The position numbers and the translations under genes are program-made. A model generated the notes under the pieces. It did no database searches. It saw only the letters and a program-made list of their open reading frames with translations, and was not told where the DNA came from. A stretch of DNA of 63,881 nucleotides, the filler included. It is 7 parts of 7 records of this genome, joined end to end, with 100 filler letters (N's around TTAATTAATTAA, not from the genome) between each part and the next. Parts side by side here need not be neighbours in the genome. Positions count along the whole stretch, not along the records: positions 1 to 10,338 come from SRR2962707_4503; 6 more parts are not named here. One strand, given 5' to 3'. This document shows positions 1-9,592 of the stretch, one piece after another. Every line of letters begins with the position of its first letter. The first letter of the stretch is position 1.

Positions 1-1142
1 GTATCGTCGACGTCGGGGTAATAATCGTTGTTGTACTGGAAGGCCCAGCCGCCAGGCTGCAAACCAGGCCGATTCACCGCCCAGTCACCGGCAACATCGA
101 GGATTTGCCGCTCCGCCAGCCAGTCAGTGGCTGCTACAAGGGCCTTTTCGCCCATGTCCATACCGGCTTCCATCAGCGCATGGCCACCGAGAGATGTATC
201 CCAGATCGGAGACAAACAAGGCTGACAATACCCTTCGTCATCGCTGAAAGTCAGAAGCTTCTCGATGGATTCCCGCGCAATCACATAATCCGGATGATCG
301 CGGGAATACCCCAGCGCATCAAAAGCCATAACGGTGTTTGCCATGGCCGGGAAAATCGCCCCCAGCCCGTCTTCACCATTCAACCGCGGCCCAATGAAAT
401 CCAGACAGCGTTTGATCGCTCTCTTTTCGATCCCGGACGGAAACAGCGGTTCTATAAGTTTGGCAATCCTGTCGATGCCGAGACAGATGGTACCGATCCA
501 GTGCCCGGTTGGATTGACCATATAGCCGTCTTCATCATTCGCCGGCCGAATGAAAAGTTCCTCGATGCTGATCCCACGTGGATTTTTGGCTTTGGGCTTC
601 AACACCGCCAGGATCAGCAGCGGCACCATCACCGTTCTGGACCAATATGAGATCTTGTCGACATGAAACGGAGAAAATCTCGGCATCAGCAGCGCTTCAG
701 CCCGCATGACCGGGACAGCCCGCCAGGGTACCTGCTCGAACAGAGCCAACGCGATCCGGGTAAAGACATTGGCCTTTGCAGCACCGCCGTGCGACAGGAT
801 TGCCTGGCGTGCAGCCTTCATGTGCGGTGCTTCCGGGTCATCACCGACCAGTTTCAGCGCATAATAGGCTTTGACCGAAGCGCTGATATTGAAGTCACCG
901 TCATGATACAGCGGCCAGCCACCGTGCTTGTCTTCCTGAATACGCCGCAGATAAACAGCGAGTTTCTTTTCAACTTCGTCATTCGGCTCACCAAGATAAT
1001 GGTTTAGCAGAATATATTCGGCGGGAATCGTAGCATCCGCTTCCAGTTCAAAGGCCCAATGCCCGTCATCATGCTGCTCACCAAGGAACCAGTCACGCGA
1101 AACAGATATGACTTTCTCGACATGTTCGAGAGAGGCATCCAT
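1..1142 (-). CDS. shc: Squalene-hopene cyclase (3' part runs off the window edge)
   Basis: Not in the ORF track. My translation from ATG 1142 (preceded by GAAGGA) gives MDASLEHVEKVISVSRDWFLGEQHDDGHWAFELEADATIPAEYILLNHYLG, the typical SHC N-terminus. The same frame at nt 3-30 reads NDYYPDVDD, the catalytic DxDD motif. It lies downstream of hpnCDE. Confidence 0.96.
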   Translation of the reverse strand, partial: MDASLEHVEKVISVSRDWFLGEQHDDGHWAFELEADATIPAEYILLNHYLGEPNDEVEKKLAVYLRRIQEDKHGGWPLYHDGDFNISASVKAYYALKLVGDDPEAPHMKAARQAILSHGGAAKANVFTRIALALFEQVPWRAVPVMRAEALLMPRFSPFHVDKISYWSRTVMVPLLILAVLKPKAKNPRGISIEELFIRPANDEDGYMVNPTGHWIGTICLGIDRIAKLIEPLFPSGIEKRAIKRCLDFIGPRLNGEDGLGAIFPAMANTVMAFDALGYSRDHPDYVIARESIEKLLTFSDDEGYCQPCLSPIWDTSLGGHALMEAGMDMGEKALVAATDWLAERQILDVAGDWAVNRPGLQPGGWAFQYNNDYYPDVDD

Positions 1143-1271
1143 ATCCTTCGCTTCCTTAGCGCTGAGTTCGTTCAAAAAAGGGTTCCTTTTGAGCGGTTAG
1201 GCCACGGGAGCCTTGCGCGGGTAAAAGTCCGTGTAATCAGACCTAGATCATAGACTTGTGTCAAAATTTCG

Positions 1272-2519
1272 TCATGTGTTCAAGGCTAACCCTGCACAAC
1301 GGTGTCCCGACCGGATGGCGCCTTCGATTGTCGCCGGAAGCCCGGTGTCGGTCCAGTCACCGGCCATGTAAAGGTTCCTGACATCGCTGACAGCCGCCGG
1401 TCTAAGGCCCAACTGACGGGGAGTTTGCGCGAAAGTCGCCCGCTTTTCCTTGATGACGCGAACAGGCGGCATATTGTCGGGTGATCGTGCCAATAGCGGC
1501 GCAATATCCTGCCAGACCCGTGTCGCAATATCATCGGCAGGTTTATCCACAACAGGGTCAGCAGCACTGATCGTCACCGATGCGATCCGTCCCCTGACGA
1601 ACAGCCACTCGGCAAGGCCGCCCAAGAGACCGATAATCCGGGGTTCAGGTGCCGTCTGACCCATATCGAAATGCACATTCACGATAGAGCGGAATTGGTC
1701 CGGAACGGTGATCGACGGCATCAATTCCGCCACGACCCCCGCCGGCAACGCTGAAATGACGACATCATCATCGCCGAGGTCTATTGTCTCACCCTGCAAA
1801 TCAAGGCTAACGACGCGACCTTCTCTAATGCCTATCCCCCGGCAACGGACACCAAAACGGATATCAGCACCATGGGACTGCAGATAAGCCAGCGCAGGAT
1901 CAACGAAACTAAATCCGAGCCCCTGCTTCGCAAGTACAGGCCGGCAGGCCTGGCCGCCACGCATCAAGGTTTCCCGGATAACCGGGGCCAGCAGGCAAGC
2001 GGCGGCATTCTCCGGTTCCGTATTCAGCACGGCGACGGCAAACGGTTTCCAGAACCGTTCATAAAGCTGCCCGGTATCGGACAGCACATTCGCTATCGTC
2101 TCCGCCGGACCGGCATTGAGCAACTTACGGCTTTGCCAATAATCCCGCAGCCGAACGCCCGGAATGCCATGATGCGGACAAAGCAGACGCCAGGGGATAC
2201 GCCCCCGGCCCATCCTAATTTCCCAATGCGCACCGGATATCACATCATGAAACGGAAACCGGGGGGGCAGAATATCGATCGTGTCCTCCGCCCCGATGCG
2301 ATTCAGATACATCATGGCGTCCGTATTGCCGCTCAAGACGAGATGGTTTCCATTATCAATATCGCAGCCGAGTATTTTGTCGGAGAAACTGCGGCATCGC
2401 CCGCCGGCATGCGAAGCGGTTTCGATCAGTGTTACAGCCCGTCCGCGTTCGCAAAGCATGCTCGCCGCTGCAAGCCCGGCAAGACCGCCGCCCAGCACGT
2501 AAACCCGTCCCATGCTCAC
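1272..2519 (-). CDS. hpnE: Hydroxysqualene dehydroxylase HpnE (FAD-dependent)
   Basis: GGGLAGL..A FAD motif, GGRCRSF, IDNGNHL and C-terminal AGDWTDTGLPATIEGAIRSG. GTGA overlap with the hpnD stop. Confidence 0.93.
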   Translation of the reverse strand: MSMGRVYVLGGGLAGLAAASMLCERGRAVTLIETASHAGGRCRSFSDKILGCDIDNGNHLVLSGNTDAMMYLNRIGAEDTIDILPPRFPFHDVISGAHWEIRMGRGRIPWRLLCPHHGIPGVRLRDYWQSRKLLNAGPAETIANVLSDTGQLYERFWKPFAVAVLNTEPENAAACLLAPVIRETLMRGGQACRPVLAKQGLGFSFVDPALAYLQSHGADIRFGVRCRGIGIREGRVVSLDLQGETIDLGDDDVVISALPAGVVAELMPSITVPDQFRSIVNVHFDMGQTAPEPRIIGLLGGLAEWLFVRGRIASVTISAADPVVDKPADDIATRVWQDIAPLLARSPDNMPPVRVIKEKRATFAQTPRQLGLRPAAVSDVRNLYMAGDWTDTGLPATIEGAIRSGHRCAGLALNT

Positions 2520-3397
2520 CCGAATACTCCGTACCGGATTGCAATCAAGATTTTTTCCAGCTTCGACGGGCCGACATCCTGCTCAAGGTTCTGCCAGCCG
2601 CGCTGCTGTAATTTCACGAGAATGCGGTGATAGACCTGCATCATCATCACCGCCGGGCGGACCGCGGCTGGATCTGCCTGACGGATCACCACCTCGGCAT
2701 TCGCAAAGTGCGTTTCAGCACGTGCCGCCAGGCTTTCACAGAGCTTGGGAAGTTCCGGCGCCGTGATCACATCCTCGACCCCATCTCCCCCCGCGCCGGC
2801 CTCCGCAAGCATATCCGCAGGCAGATACACACGATCCCGCCCTGCATCCTCAGTTATATCACGGAGGATATTGGTCAGCTGGAGCGCCATCCCTAGTTCT
2901 GCGGAAAGACGGATTCCCTCGTCTTCGCCCAATCCGAACACCCGCACGCATAAACGGCCAACGGCACACGCCACCCGGTCACAGTACAGCGACAGCTCAT
3001 CCATATCCGCGATCCGCACGCGGGGAGCCGCATCCATCTCCATGCCGTCGATGACGGCCAAAAAGTCGCTCTTCTGCAGGTTGAACGTACGAACAGGTTT
3101 CAGAAGGGCCTTGCTGATCGGGTGATGGCAGGTCCCGCCGTACAACAATTCGATTTCCCGCCGCCAGGCATCCAGCAGCAAGCGTTTTCGGTCCAGCAGG
3201 AGATCCCCGTCGGCTATGTCGTCGACATCCCGGCAAAAGGCATAAACTGCAAATACGCCGTGACGACGTTCCTCATCGAGCCTGCGCATGGCCCAGAAAA
3301 AAGACGTCCCCGCACGCCGCACCATCGCCTCGACGTAGGCTTCGGGTGGGTCAGCCGGCAAATCCGGTTCCAAGGGTAAGGGTTCGTGTACGCTCAT
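2516..3397 (-). CDS. hpnD: Presqualene diphosphate synthase HpnD
   Basis: GTSFFWAM, YAFCRDVDDIAD, YCDRVACAVG and ALQLTNILRDITEDA..RVYLP isoprenoid-synthase motifs. Confidence 0.93.
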   Translation of the reverse strand: MSVHEPLPLEPDLPADPPEAYVEAMVRRAGTSFFWAMRRLDEERRHGVFAVYAFCRDVDDIADGDLLLDRKRLLLDAWRREIELLYGGTCHHPISKALLKPVRTFNLQKSDFLAVIDGMEMDAAPRVRIADMDELSLYCDRVACAVGRLCVRVFGLGEDEGIRLSAELGMALQLTNILRDITEDAGRDRVYLPADMLAEAGAGGDGVEDVITAPELPKLCESLAARAETHFANAEVVIRQADPAAVRPAVMMMQVYHRILVKLQQRGWQNLEQDVGPSKLEKILIAIRYGVFG

Positions 3398-3455
3398 CGC
3401 GGCATGGATACACTACCCGCTCTGGCCCGTCATCTGTTAGCTGGCAATCAGGTGA

Positions 3456-4589
3456 TCAGGAATACGTACGGCCCTTCCATGCCGCCCCCTGCCCGACGTA
3501 ATGCAGCCGGGCGGAATCGAGTGTCATTGCAGCATATAGGATACCGGCAAACGGCAAAGACAGCGCCCGCAAAGCATTCAGGCGATACAGATCCAGTGTC
3601 GGCAGATATGTCCACGCCATCACCAGCCAGGCCCCAGCCCCCAGCAGCGCCAACAGTGGATCAAGTCCGATCAAGCCCATGACCAGCGCCAAGGGCGGCA
3701 AAAGATACAGTAGCGCCATGCCGACGAGCGTACCCACCAGCAAAAGCGGGCTGTGGTTGAGCTGCACATATGCGGTTCGAGCCACCATGCGCCAGATCGG
3801 CATCAGACTTTCATAGGACCTGAGGCTATGGGTCTCTGTTGATAAACCAAGCCAAACCGGCCGATACGGCTTGATCAGTCGCGCCAATGCGCAGTCATCG
3901 ATGATGCAGTTCCGAATTTCAGCAATACCGCCGGAATCCTTTAGTGTTGCTGCATGAACCAGCATGCATCCGCCTGCTGCAGCCGCCATTCCCGATTTCG
4001 GATCATTCACCCGTGGGAAGGGATAGAGCTTCTGAAAGAAATAGATAAACGCGGGGATCAGAAAGCGCTCCCAAACAAACCCGCAATGGAGTTTCACCAT
4101 CTCCGAGACCAGGCCAAGATGTTCCGTCTCGGCTTTCATGACCAGCTTTGTCAGACTATCGGGGGCGTGTTCGATGTCAGCATCCGTCAGAAGAATATAG
4201 TCAGCATCACCTGCCGCCGCGATGCCCTGGCTCACGGCCCACATCTTGCCGGCCCAGCCTTCCGCAAGCGGGGCACCCTCAATCACCCGCAAACGCTGGT
4301 CTTCTTCGTCTTCAAGAACGGCTCGCGCTTCATCAGCCGTGCCATCCGTGCTGTTGTCATCGACCACAATAATCGAAAACGGCCCGGCATAATCCTGATC
4401 TAGCAGGGCGCGGACTGTCCTGCCGATGCTTTCAGCCTCGTCGCGGGCCGGTATAACGCACACAACGCGCGGGAAATCTTTTATATTAACTGTATTTGAA
4501 TTAAGCATCTGATCTGAATGCCAAAATCTCCCGTGAAAAAGGCATAAATACAGCCATATCAGGAATGAAATAGCAGCGAGAAACGTCAT
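3456..4589 (-). CDS. hpnB: Hopene-associated GT2 glycosyltransferase HpnB
   Basis: IPARDEA, VDDNSTDGT, GWAGKMWA, LLTDADI and IIDDCALA motifs, with N- and C-terminal TM helices. Start placed at ATG 4589 (ATGA overlap with the hpnC stop). Confidence 0.88.
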   Translation of the reverse strand: MTFLAAISFLIWLYLCLFHGRFWHSDQMLNSNTVNIKDFPRVVCVIPARDEAESIGRTVRALLDQDYAGPFSIIVVDDNSTDGTADEARAVLEDEEDQRLRVIEGAPLAEGWAGKMWAVSQGIAAAGDADYILLTDADIEHAPDSLTKLVMKAETEHLGLVSEMVKLHCGFVWERFLIPAFIYFFQKLYPFPRVNDPKSGMAAAAGGCMLVHAATLKDSGGIAEIRNCIIDDCALARLIKPYRPVWLGLSTETHSLRSYESLMPIWRMVARTAYVQLNHSPLLLVGTLVGMALLYLLPPLALVMGLIGLDPLLALLGAGAWLVMAWTYLPTLDLYRLNALRALSLPFAGILYAAMTLDSARLHYVGQGAAWKGRTYS

Positions 4590-5452
4590 CTGGTGAAAAG
4601 CCCGGCAATTGCGCCACGGAGGATACAACAGGCATAACCGGATTTTGATAATTTAACGCGCATCGCCAACGGATCATTATTCTCCAGCTTGTCGATCAGC
4701 GCATCAGCTATGCGGATGATGGCCGCACTTTCCATCGCCAGTCGACGGCTGGCGACCGTTTTAGGTAATGGTCGGGCGCTGATCATCAGCTGGCGTGTCG
4801 CATCAAGACAGCGATCAATGACAATCCGCAGTTCGGGAGACACATTAGACCGGTTCAGCATGTCGACATCCGCACCAGCATCCTGCATCCAGTTCATCGG
4901 AAGATAAACCCGGTTCAGGGTCTGATAATCGTCCTGGCAATCCTGCAGATGATTGATAACCTGAAGCGCGTTACAGAGCGCATCAGACGCAGCGTAGCCG
5001 TCCGTTGCACCACCGGTGAGATCAATCAGATACCGTCCGACCGGGGCTGCGGAGCGGATGCAATAGCGCATCAGATCATCCCAGTCATCATAACGGTTTT
5101 TAATCGCGTCCTGCTTGAACGCATCGATCAGATCGAGGCAATGCTGTTCAGGGACACCCGAAGCGATCAGACTTTCGCGCATGCGCGTCCCGGTCAGATA
5201 GGCCGGGTCATTCTCTCCCTCCCCTTTTATCGCAGCAGCAAAACCGTCAAGACGGCTTATCTTCTCTGCAGATGTAGTATCCGGATTATCGGCGATGTCG
5301 TCTATGGCCCGTGCATAGCGATAGAAGACCGCGACATGCGGCCTGGCTGTCGGCGGCAGCAGAAAGGAACCTACGGGAAAGTTTTCGTACGCAGCGTCCT
5401 TACCTGATGGCGTTTCGACTTCTGCCTCAGGCAGCGCTGACGGTTTGGTCAC
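4586..5452 (-). CDS. hpnC: Hydroxysqualene synthase HpnC
   Basis: ENFPVGS signature, ARAIDDIAD, SAAPVGR and LQVINHLQDC..D...LNRVYLP. Confidence 0.93.
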   Translation of the reverse strand: MTKPSALPEAEVETPSGKDAAYENFPVGSFLLPPTARPHVAVFYRYARAIDDIADNPDTTSAEKISRLDGFAAAIKGEGENDPAYLTGTRMRESLIASGVPEQHCLDLIDAFKQDAIKNRYDDWDDLMRYCIRSAAPVGRYLIDLTGGATDGYAASDALCNALQVINHLQDCQDDYQTLNRVYLPMNWMQDAGADVDMLNRSNVSPELRIVIDRCLDATRQLMISARPLPKTVASRRLAMESAAIIRIADALIDKLENNDPLAMRVKLSKSGYACCILRGAIAGLFTR

Positions 5453-5454
5453 GG

Positions 5455-6114
5455 TTACTTCGTTACCTCTTGGGTGGAGGCCAGACGATCGGCGCGTGCC
5501 GTCTCAAGACGATTTTCAAGGATTTTCATAAGGGCATTTATATCACCCCCGTTATCGCGCATCACGGAGGAAAATTCAGAGCGTTGCGCCTGTGCCATAC
5601 TTAACCCTTCAACCATGATATCAATCACCTTGGTCACATCACCCTGCCCCCGAACCCGCCAGTCAACACGAAGTGGTTTATCAGCATTCGGCCGCATCAA
5701 CGTCGTCTGGACAAGAGCTTCCATCTCGCCCAAGGAGCGCACCCCACTGACTTCCAGAGTTTCGCCGGAATAATTCTGAAAACGATGTGCGTAGGTCGAG
5801 ACCATCAATTGCTCGAACAGGGCCAGGTACTGTTCTTGCTGCTCATCAGTCGCAGACCGCCAGTATCGGCCGCCAAGAACCCATCGTGCGATTGTCTTGA
5901 AGGCAATATATTCCTTCATGATTTCACGAAACCGGTCCTCCTGCTCCTCAAGAGTAACAGACTTGTCAGTCAGCTTTGTGATCGCTTCTTTCGCCAGACT
6001 GACGATTAATTTCTCTGCTTTTGGCGGAAATTCCTCAGCCACAGCCGTTACCGGCAGAGACATCAGGGCCAGCATTCCGAGAATAAGGACCGTCTTCAAG
6101 GGTCGAACAAACAT
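5455..6114 (-). CDS. hpnM: HpnM/MlaC (Ttg2D)-family periplasmic lipid-binding protein
   Basis: Signal peptide, ARWVLG..W, and KVIDIMVEGLSMAQAQRSEF MlaC-family motif. ATG 6114 follows a GGAGAGG RBS. It is the first gene of the hopanoid operon. Confidence 0.78.
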   Translation of the reverse strand: MFVRPLKTVLILGMLALMSLPVTAVAEEFPPKAEKLIVSLAKEAITKLTDKSVTLEEQEDRFREIMKEYIAFKTIARWVLGGRYWRSATDEQQEQYLALFEQLMVSTYAHRFQNYSGETLEVSGVRSLGEMEALVQTTLMRPNADKPLRVDWRVRGQGDVTKVIDIMVEGLSMAQAQRSEFSSVMRDNGGDINALMKILENRLETARADRLASTQEVTK

Positions 6115-6286
6115 AACACCACCTCTCCGTCTATGCGGACAGTTTAACGAAATACGGTGTACACTCAAAGCGTGCCGAATGAAAAAATACTAGGTAAATG
6201 CCGTAACGCCATCAGATTTCGGCATTTTTCAATTCACCGGTATGCCGGTACAATCCCTTAAAATTTATACATGTGAGGAGGATATT

Positions 6287-7591
6287 TTGGTTTGCTGTCA
6301 CCATTACCAGTTACAGGCTGGGTGCGACGAAGCTTTCCGCGTCGACGGACAATCGCTGGTGTTCGGTCCGGGGTGCCTGTCTGAAGCCGGTGCTCATGCC
6401 TCAGCCCTCGGTCTCAAAAAAATAGCTCTCTTCACGGACAAGGGTTTATCCGCTTCGGACCACGTCGGAAAGGTTCATAAATCCCTCGTCGCCGCCGGGG
6501 TCGATGTTGCCGTTTACGATGACGTCGCCGTGGAACCGACGGATGAAAGTTTCAAGGCGGCCGCTGCATTTGCGCAAAGCGGCAACTTTGACGGCTTTAT
6601 CTCTGTCGGTGGCGGCTCGGTTATCGATACCTGCAAGGCCGCAAATCTGTATGCGACCTACCCGGCTGAGTTTCTGACCTATGTGAATGCACCGGTCGGT
6701 GACGGGGTGCCGGCACCAGGCCCGCTGAAACCACATATCGCCTGCCCGACCACGGCTGGGACGGGCTCGGAAGCAACGGGCATCGCCATTTTTGATCTGC
6801 TCTCGATGAAGGCAAAAACCGGCATTGCTTCTTTGCACCTGAAACCGACGCTGGGATTGGTGGATCCGCATGTCACCCATACCCTGCCGAAAACCGTAAT
6901 CGCAGCGACCGCATTTGACGTGCTGTCACATGCCCTGGAAAGCCTGACCGCGCGTCCGTTCACGGTTCGGGAAAAACCGGCAAATCCGGCTGCCCGCCCC
7001 TATTCCCAGGGCGGCAATCCCTGGAGTGATGTTATTGCGAAGGAAGCCCTGAAACTGGTCGGCGAACATATGGTCAGCGCCGTCACCGATCCGGAAAATC
7101 TGGAAGCCCGTGAATATCTGATGTGGGCGTCTTCGCTCGCGGGGATCGCATTTGGCCAGGCCGGATGCCATCTTCCGCACGGCATGTCCTATGCGGTTTC
7201 GGGGCTGGTGAAGGACTTCCGCCCGGACGGATATCCGCAAGACATGCCCATGGTGCCTCATGGCATGTCCGTGATCCTTAATGCACCGTCGGTGTTCCGG
7301 CTGACGGGACCGCATGCGCCGGAGCGTCACCTTGCCGCCTATGCCTGTCTGGGGGGGACACATGATGCAGGCCCGTCGGAGGCCGGTGAGGCCGTGGCGG
7401 AACACCTGATCGGGATGATGAAAGCCACCGGCATTCCAAACGGCTTACAGGGTGTCGGATACGGCAGTGCCGATCTGGACAAACTAACAGACGGCGCATT
7501 TCCGCAAAAAAGACTGTTGGGTCTGGCCCCGTGCGATATCGAACGCGAGGACCTTTATAAGCTGTTCGAAGGTGCGCTCAGTTACTGGTGA
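6287..7591 (+). CDS. Hydroxyacid-oxoacid transhydrogenase (Fe-ADH family, ADHFE1-like)
   Basis: VEPTDESF, GGGSVIDTCKAANL, PTTAGTGSEATG, FDVLSHALES, HLPHGMSY and VPHGMSV motifs. TTG 6287 after GAGGAG is the likely start. Confidence 0.88.
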   Translation: MVCCHHYQLQAGCDEAFRVDGQSLVFGPGCLSEAGAHASALGLKKIALFTDKGLSASDHVGKVHKSLVAAGVDVAVYDDVAVEPTDESFKAAAAFAQSGNFDGFISVGGGSVIDTCKAANLYATYPAEFLTYVNAPVGDGVPAPGPLKPHIACPTTAGTGSEATGIAIFDLLSMKAKTGIASLHLKPTLGLVDPHVTHTLPKTVIAATAFDVLSHALESLTARPFTVREKPANPAARPYSQGGNPWSDVIAKEALKLVGEHMVSAVTDPENLEAREYLMWASSLAGIAFGQAGCHLPHGMSYAVSGLVKDFRPDGYPQDMPMVPHGMSVILNAPSVFRLTGPHAPERHLAAYACLGGTHDAGPSEAGEAVAEHLIGMMKATGIPNGLQGVGYGSADLDKLTDGAFPQKRLLGLAPCDIEREDLYKLFEGALSYW

Positions 7592-8590
7592 TCAGCCGGC
7601 ACGTTCACGGAGTTCGTTCATCAATCCATCCGGGACTTCAACGCCGTCTTTTTCGGATGCGGCACGGATATCCAGCCGCCGCACACCCGGCAGGCGTGTC
7701 CCCGGCTGACTGAGAATTGATTCTGCAAGAACTTCCATCCGCTCGGCGAACTGACCACCGGAAAATACCGCCGGATCAATTACGATGAAGAACTGCCCGA
7801 CGTTTGGCGGCGCCCCCTCTCCTTCAAAGAAGGAGGTTGCTTCAAAGCCGTAATTTGAACCGGTCAGGGTGGCCGAGAGAATTTCGACCATCAGAACAAG
7901 TGCCGAGCCCTTGGCGTCCCCCATCGGCAAAGACCAGCCGGCCAGAGCCGCCTTTGGATCAGTTGTCGGATTACCGTCTGCATCAACGGCCCAGTCATCC
8001 GGGATTGTTTCCCCTCTGTCGGCGGCAAGCTTGATCTTGCCGCGGGCCACCTTGGCGGTTGAAAAATCGGCGACAATCGGTTCCGCATCCATGCGGGGAC
8101 AGGCAAAAGCCACCGGATTGGTGCCGAAAATCGGGCGATTACCGCCCCACGGTGCGATACCGGCCGGTGAGTTCGAAAATCCAAGCGCAACGAGGCCTTC
8201 TCGGGCATAAGCTTCGACATGATGACCAGCAACGCCGCTATGATGCGAGTTGCCGATCGCGACGCCCACGATCCCCGTTTCCTTGACCTTTGCACACGCC
8301 GCTTCATGGGCGGCTTCAATCGCCGGATAGGCATAACCCGAGCGGGCATCGATACGAACCGATGCCGCACGTGGAAATGTCACCTCGGGAACGGCAAAGC
8401 CATCGACCTTTCTGGACTTCGCCTGGTCCGCATATGACGGGATGCGGAACACACCATGTGACGGGATGCCGTCTGCGTCGGCTTTCACCAATGCGCGTGC
8501 CACCGCCGCCGCGTTATCGGCAGATGTTTCGGATGCTGTCAGTATCGCGACGGCAAGATCATGCAGTTCGGAAAGGGAATATTTAGCCAT
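7592..8590 (-). CDS. comC: Ldh_2-family dehydrogenase, probable (R)-sulfolactate dehydrogenase ComC
   Basis: GIPSHG, NSHHSG, FGTNPVAFACP, GNPTTDP, KGSALVLMVEIL and RLPG. The specific assignment rests on the slcC/suyB neighbourhood. Confidence 0.75.
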   Translation of the reverse strand: MAKYSLSELHDLAVAILTASETSADNAAAVARALVKADADGIPSHGVFRIPSYADQAKSRKVDGFAVPEVTFPRAASVRIDARSGYAYPAIEAAHEAACAKVKETGIVGVAIGNSHHSGVAGHHVEAYAREGLVALGFSNSPAGIAPWGGNRPIFGTNPVAFACPRMDAEPIVADFSTAKVARGKIKLAADRGETIPDDWAVDADGNPTTDPKAALAGWSLPMGDAKGSALVLMVEILSATLTGSNYGFEATSFFEGEGAPPNVGQFFIVIDPAVFSGGQFAERMEVLAESILSQPGTRLPGVRRLDIRAASEKDGVEVPDGLMNELRERAG

Positions 8591-8598
8591 CTCTTGAT

Positions 8599-9528
8599 TC
8601 AACCTCTGAGACAATTTGCGACCGCATCCGCGATCATGTTGCTGACCCTGTCGTCAGCTTCAACCGTGCGGGCACCGGCATGCGGTGTCAGCAGAAGGTT
8701 CGGCACATCCTTGAACAGGTTATCCGCTTTCAGCGGCTCCACATCGAAGGTATCCAGAAACGCCCCGCCGATGGTGCCTGCCTTGAGGGCCGCGACCAGG
8801 TCTTTTTCATTGATGATCCCGCCGCGGGCGAGATTGAGGAGATAGGCATCGGATTTCATCTTCGACATCGTTTCCGTATCAAACATGTCCCGGGTTTCAT
8901 CGGTCAGCGGCACATGCACCGTCACCGCATCGGCATCGGCAATCGCCGCTTCCAGATTGGGGCGTGGCTCAACGCCGTGCTCGGCCCATACCTTGTCATT
9001 GATATCGATATACGGGTCCCAAGCTGTAACTTTCATGCCGACACCACGCGCACGCCATGCCAGCGCCTTGCCGATGGACCCGAAGCCGATAATCGCCAGG
9101 GTTTTACCTGCCACTTCGCGGCCCATCATCCGCATACGGGGCCAACCGCCGGAGATCACCTCATCGGTTACGTGATAGGCATCGCGAAACATGACGAAGA
9201 GCCCGCCGATCGCAAGCTCCGCGACTGAGCCGGAATTCGCACCCGTGGCGGGGAAAACCTCGATCCCCTTGGCTTTGCATACTTCGGTATCGATGTTGTC
9301 GAGGCCGACGCCCAGCCGGCCGACACATTTCAGGCTATCCGCGCGATCAAGCACGACACCACGAACCTGGGTCTGGTTGCGCACGATCAGGCCCGGCGCC
9401 CCTTGAAGGGCATCCGCTATGGCTTCGGGCTGGTCCCAAAGATCCACATCGTAGTGAACATCGAATTCTGATTTCAGGCGCTCAAGCGCACCCGGGTCGA
9501 TAAATTCTGTAATGACGATATCGGTCAT
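8599..9528 (-). CDS. slcC: D-2-hydroxyacid dehydrogenase family, probable (S)-sulfolactate dehydrogenase SlcC
   Basis: GRLGVGLDNID, GFGSIG, HVPLT, NLARG and LLTPH. The N-terminal ITEF and LIVRN.T.V, PATGANS.SVAE pattern resembles SlcC as I recall it. It lies between suyB and comC. Confidence 0.75.
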   Translation of the reverse strand: MTDIVITEFIDPGALERLKSEFDVHYDVDLWDQPEAIADALQGAPGLIVRNQTQVRGVVLDRADSLKCVGRLGVGLDNIDTEVCKAKGIEVFPATGANSGSVAELAIGGLFVMFRDAYHVTDEVISGGWPRMRMMGREVAGKTLAIIGFGSIGKALAWRARGVGMKVTAWDPYIDINDKVWAEHGVEPRPNLEAAIADADAVTVHVPLTDETRDMFDTETMSKMKSDAYLLNLARGGIINEKDLVAALKAGTIGGAFLDTFDVEPLKADNLFKDVPNLLLTPHAGARTVEADDRVSNMIADAVANCLRG

Positions 9529-9548
9529 ACTGCGCTTTTCTCTTAGTG

Positions 9549-9586
9549 AAAAAGGAAACGGCCGACACCGGTATGGTGCCGGCCGC
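9549..9586 (-). terminator. Intrinsic terminator-like hairpin between suyB and slcC
   Basis: On the minus strand, GCGGCCGGCACC / GGTGTCGGCCGT stem followed by TTCCTTTTT. Confidence 0.6.
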
Positions 9587-9592
9587 TTTCAC

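Noticed and set aside
105..1253. Several + strand ORFs at the window start
   Set aside because: They are antisense to shc, which the track missed because it has no stop codon inside the window.
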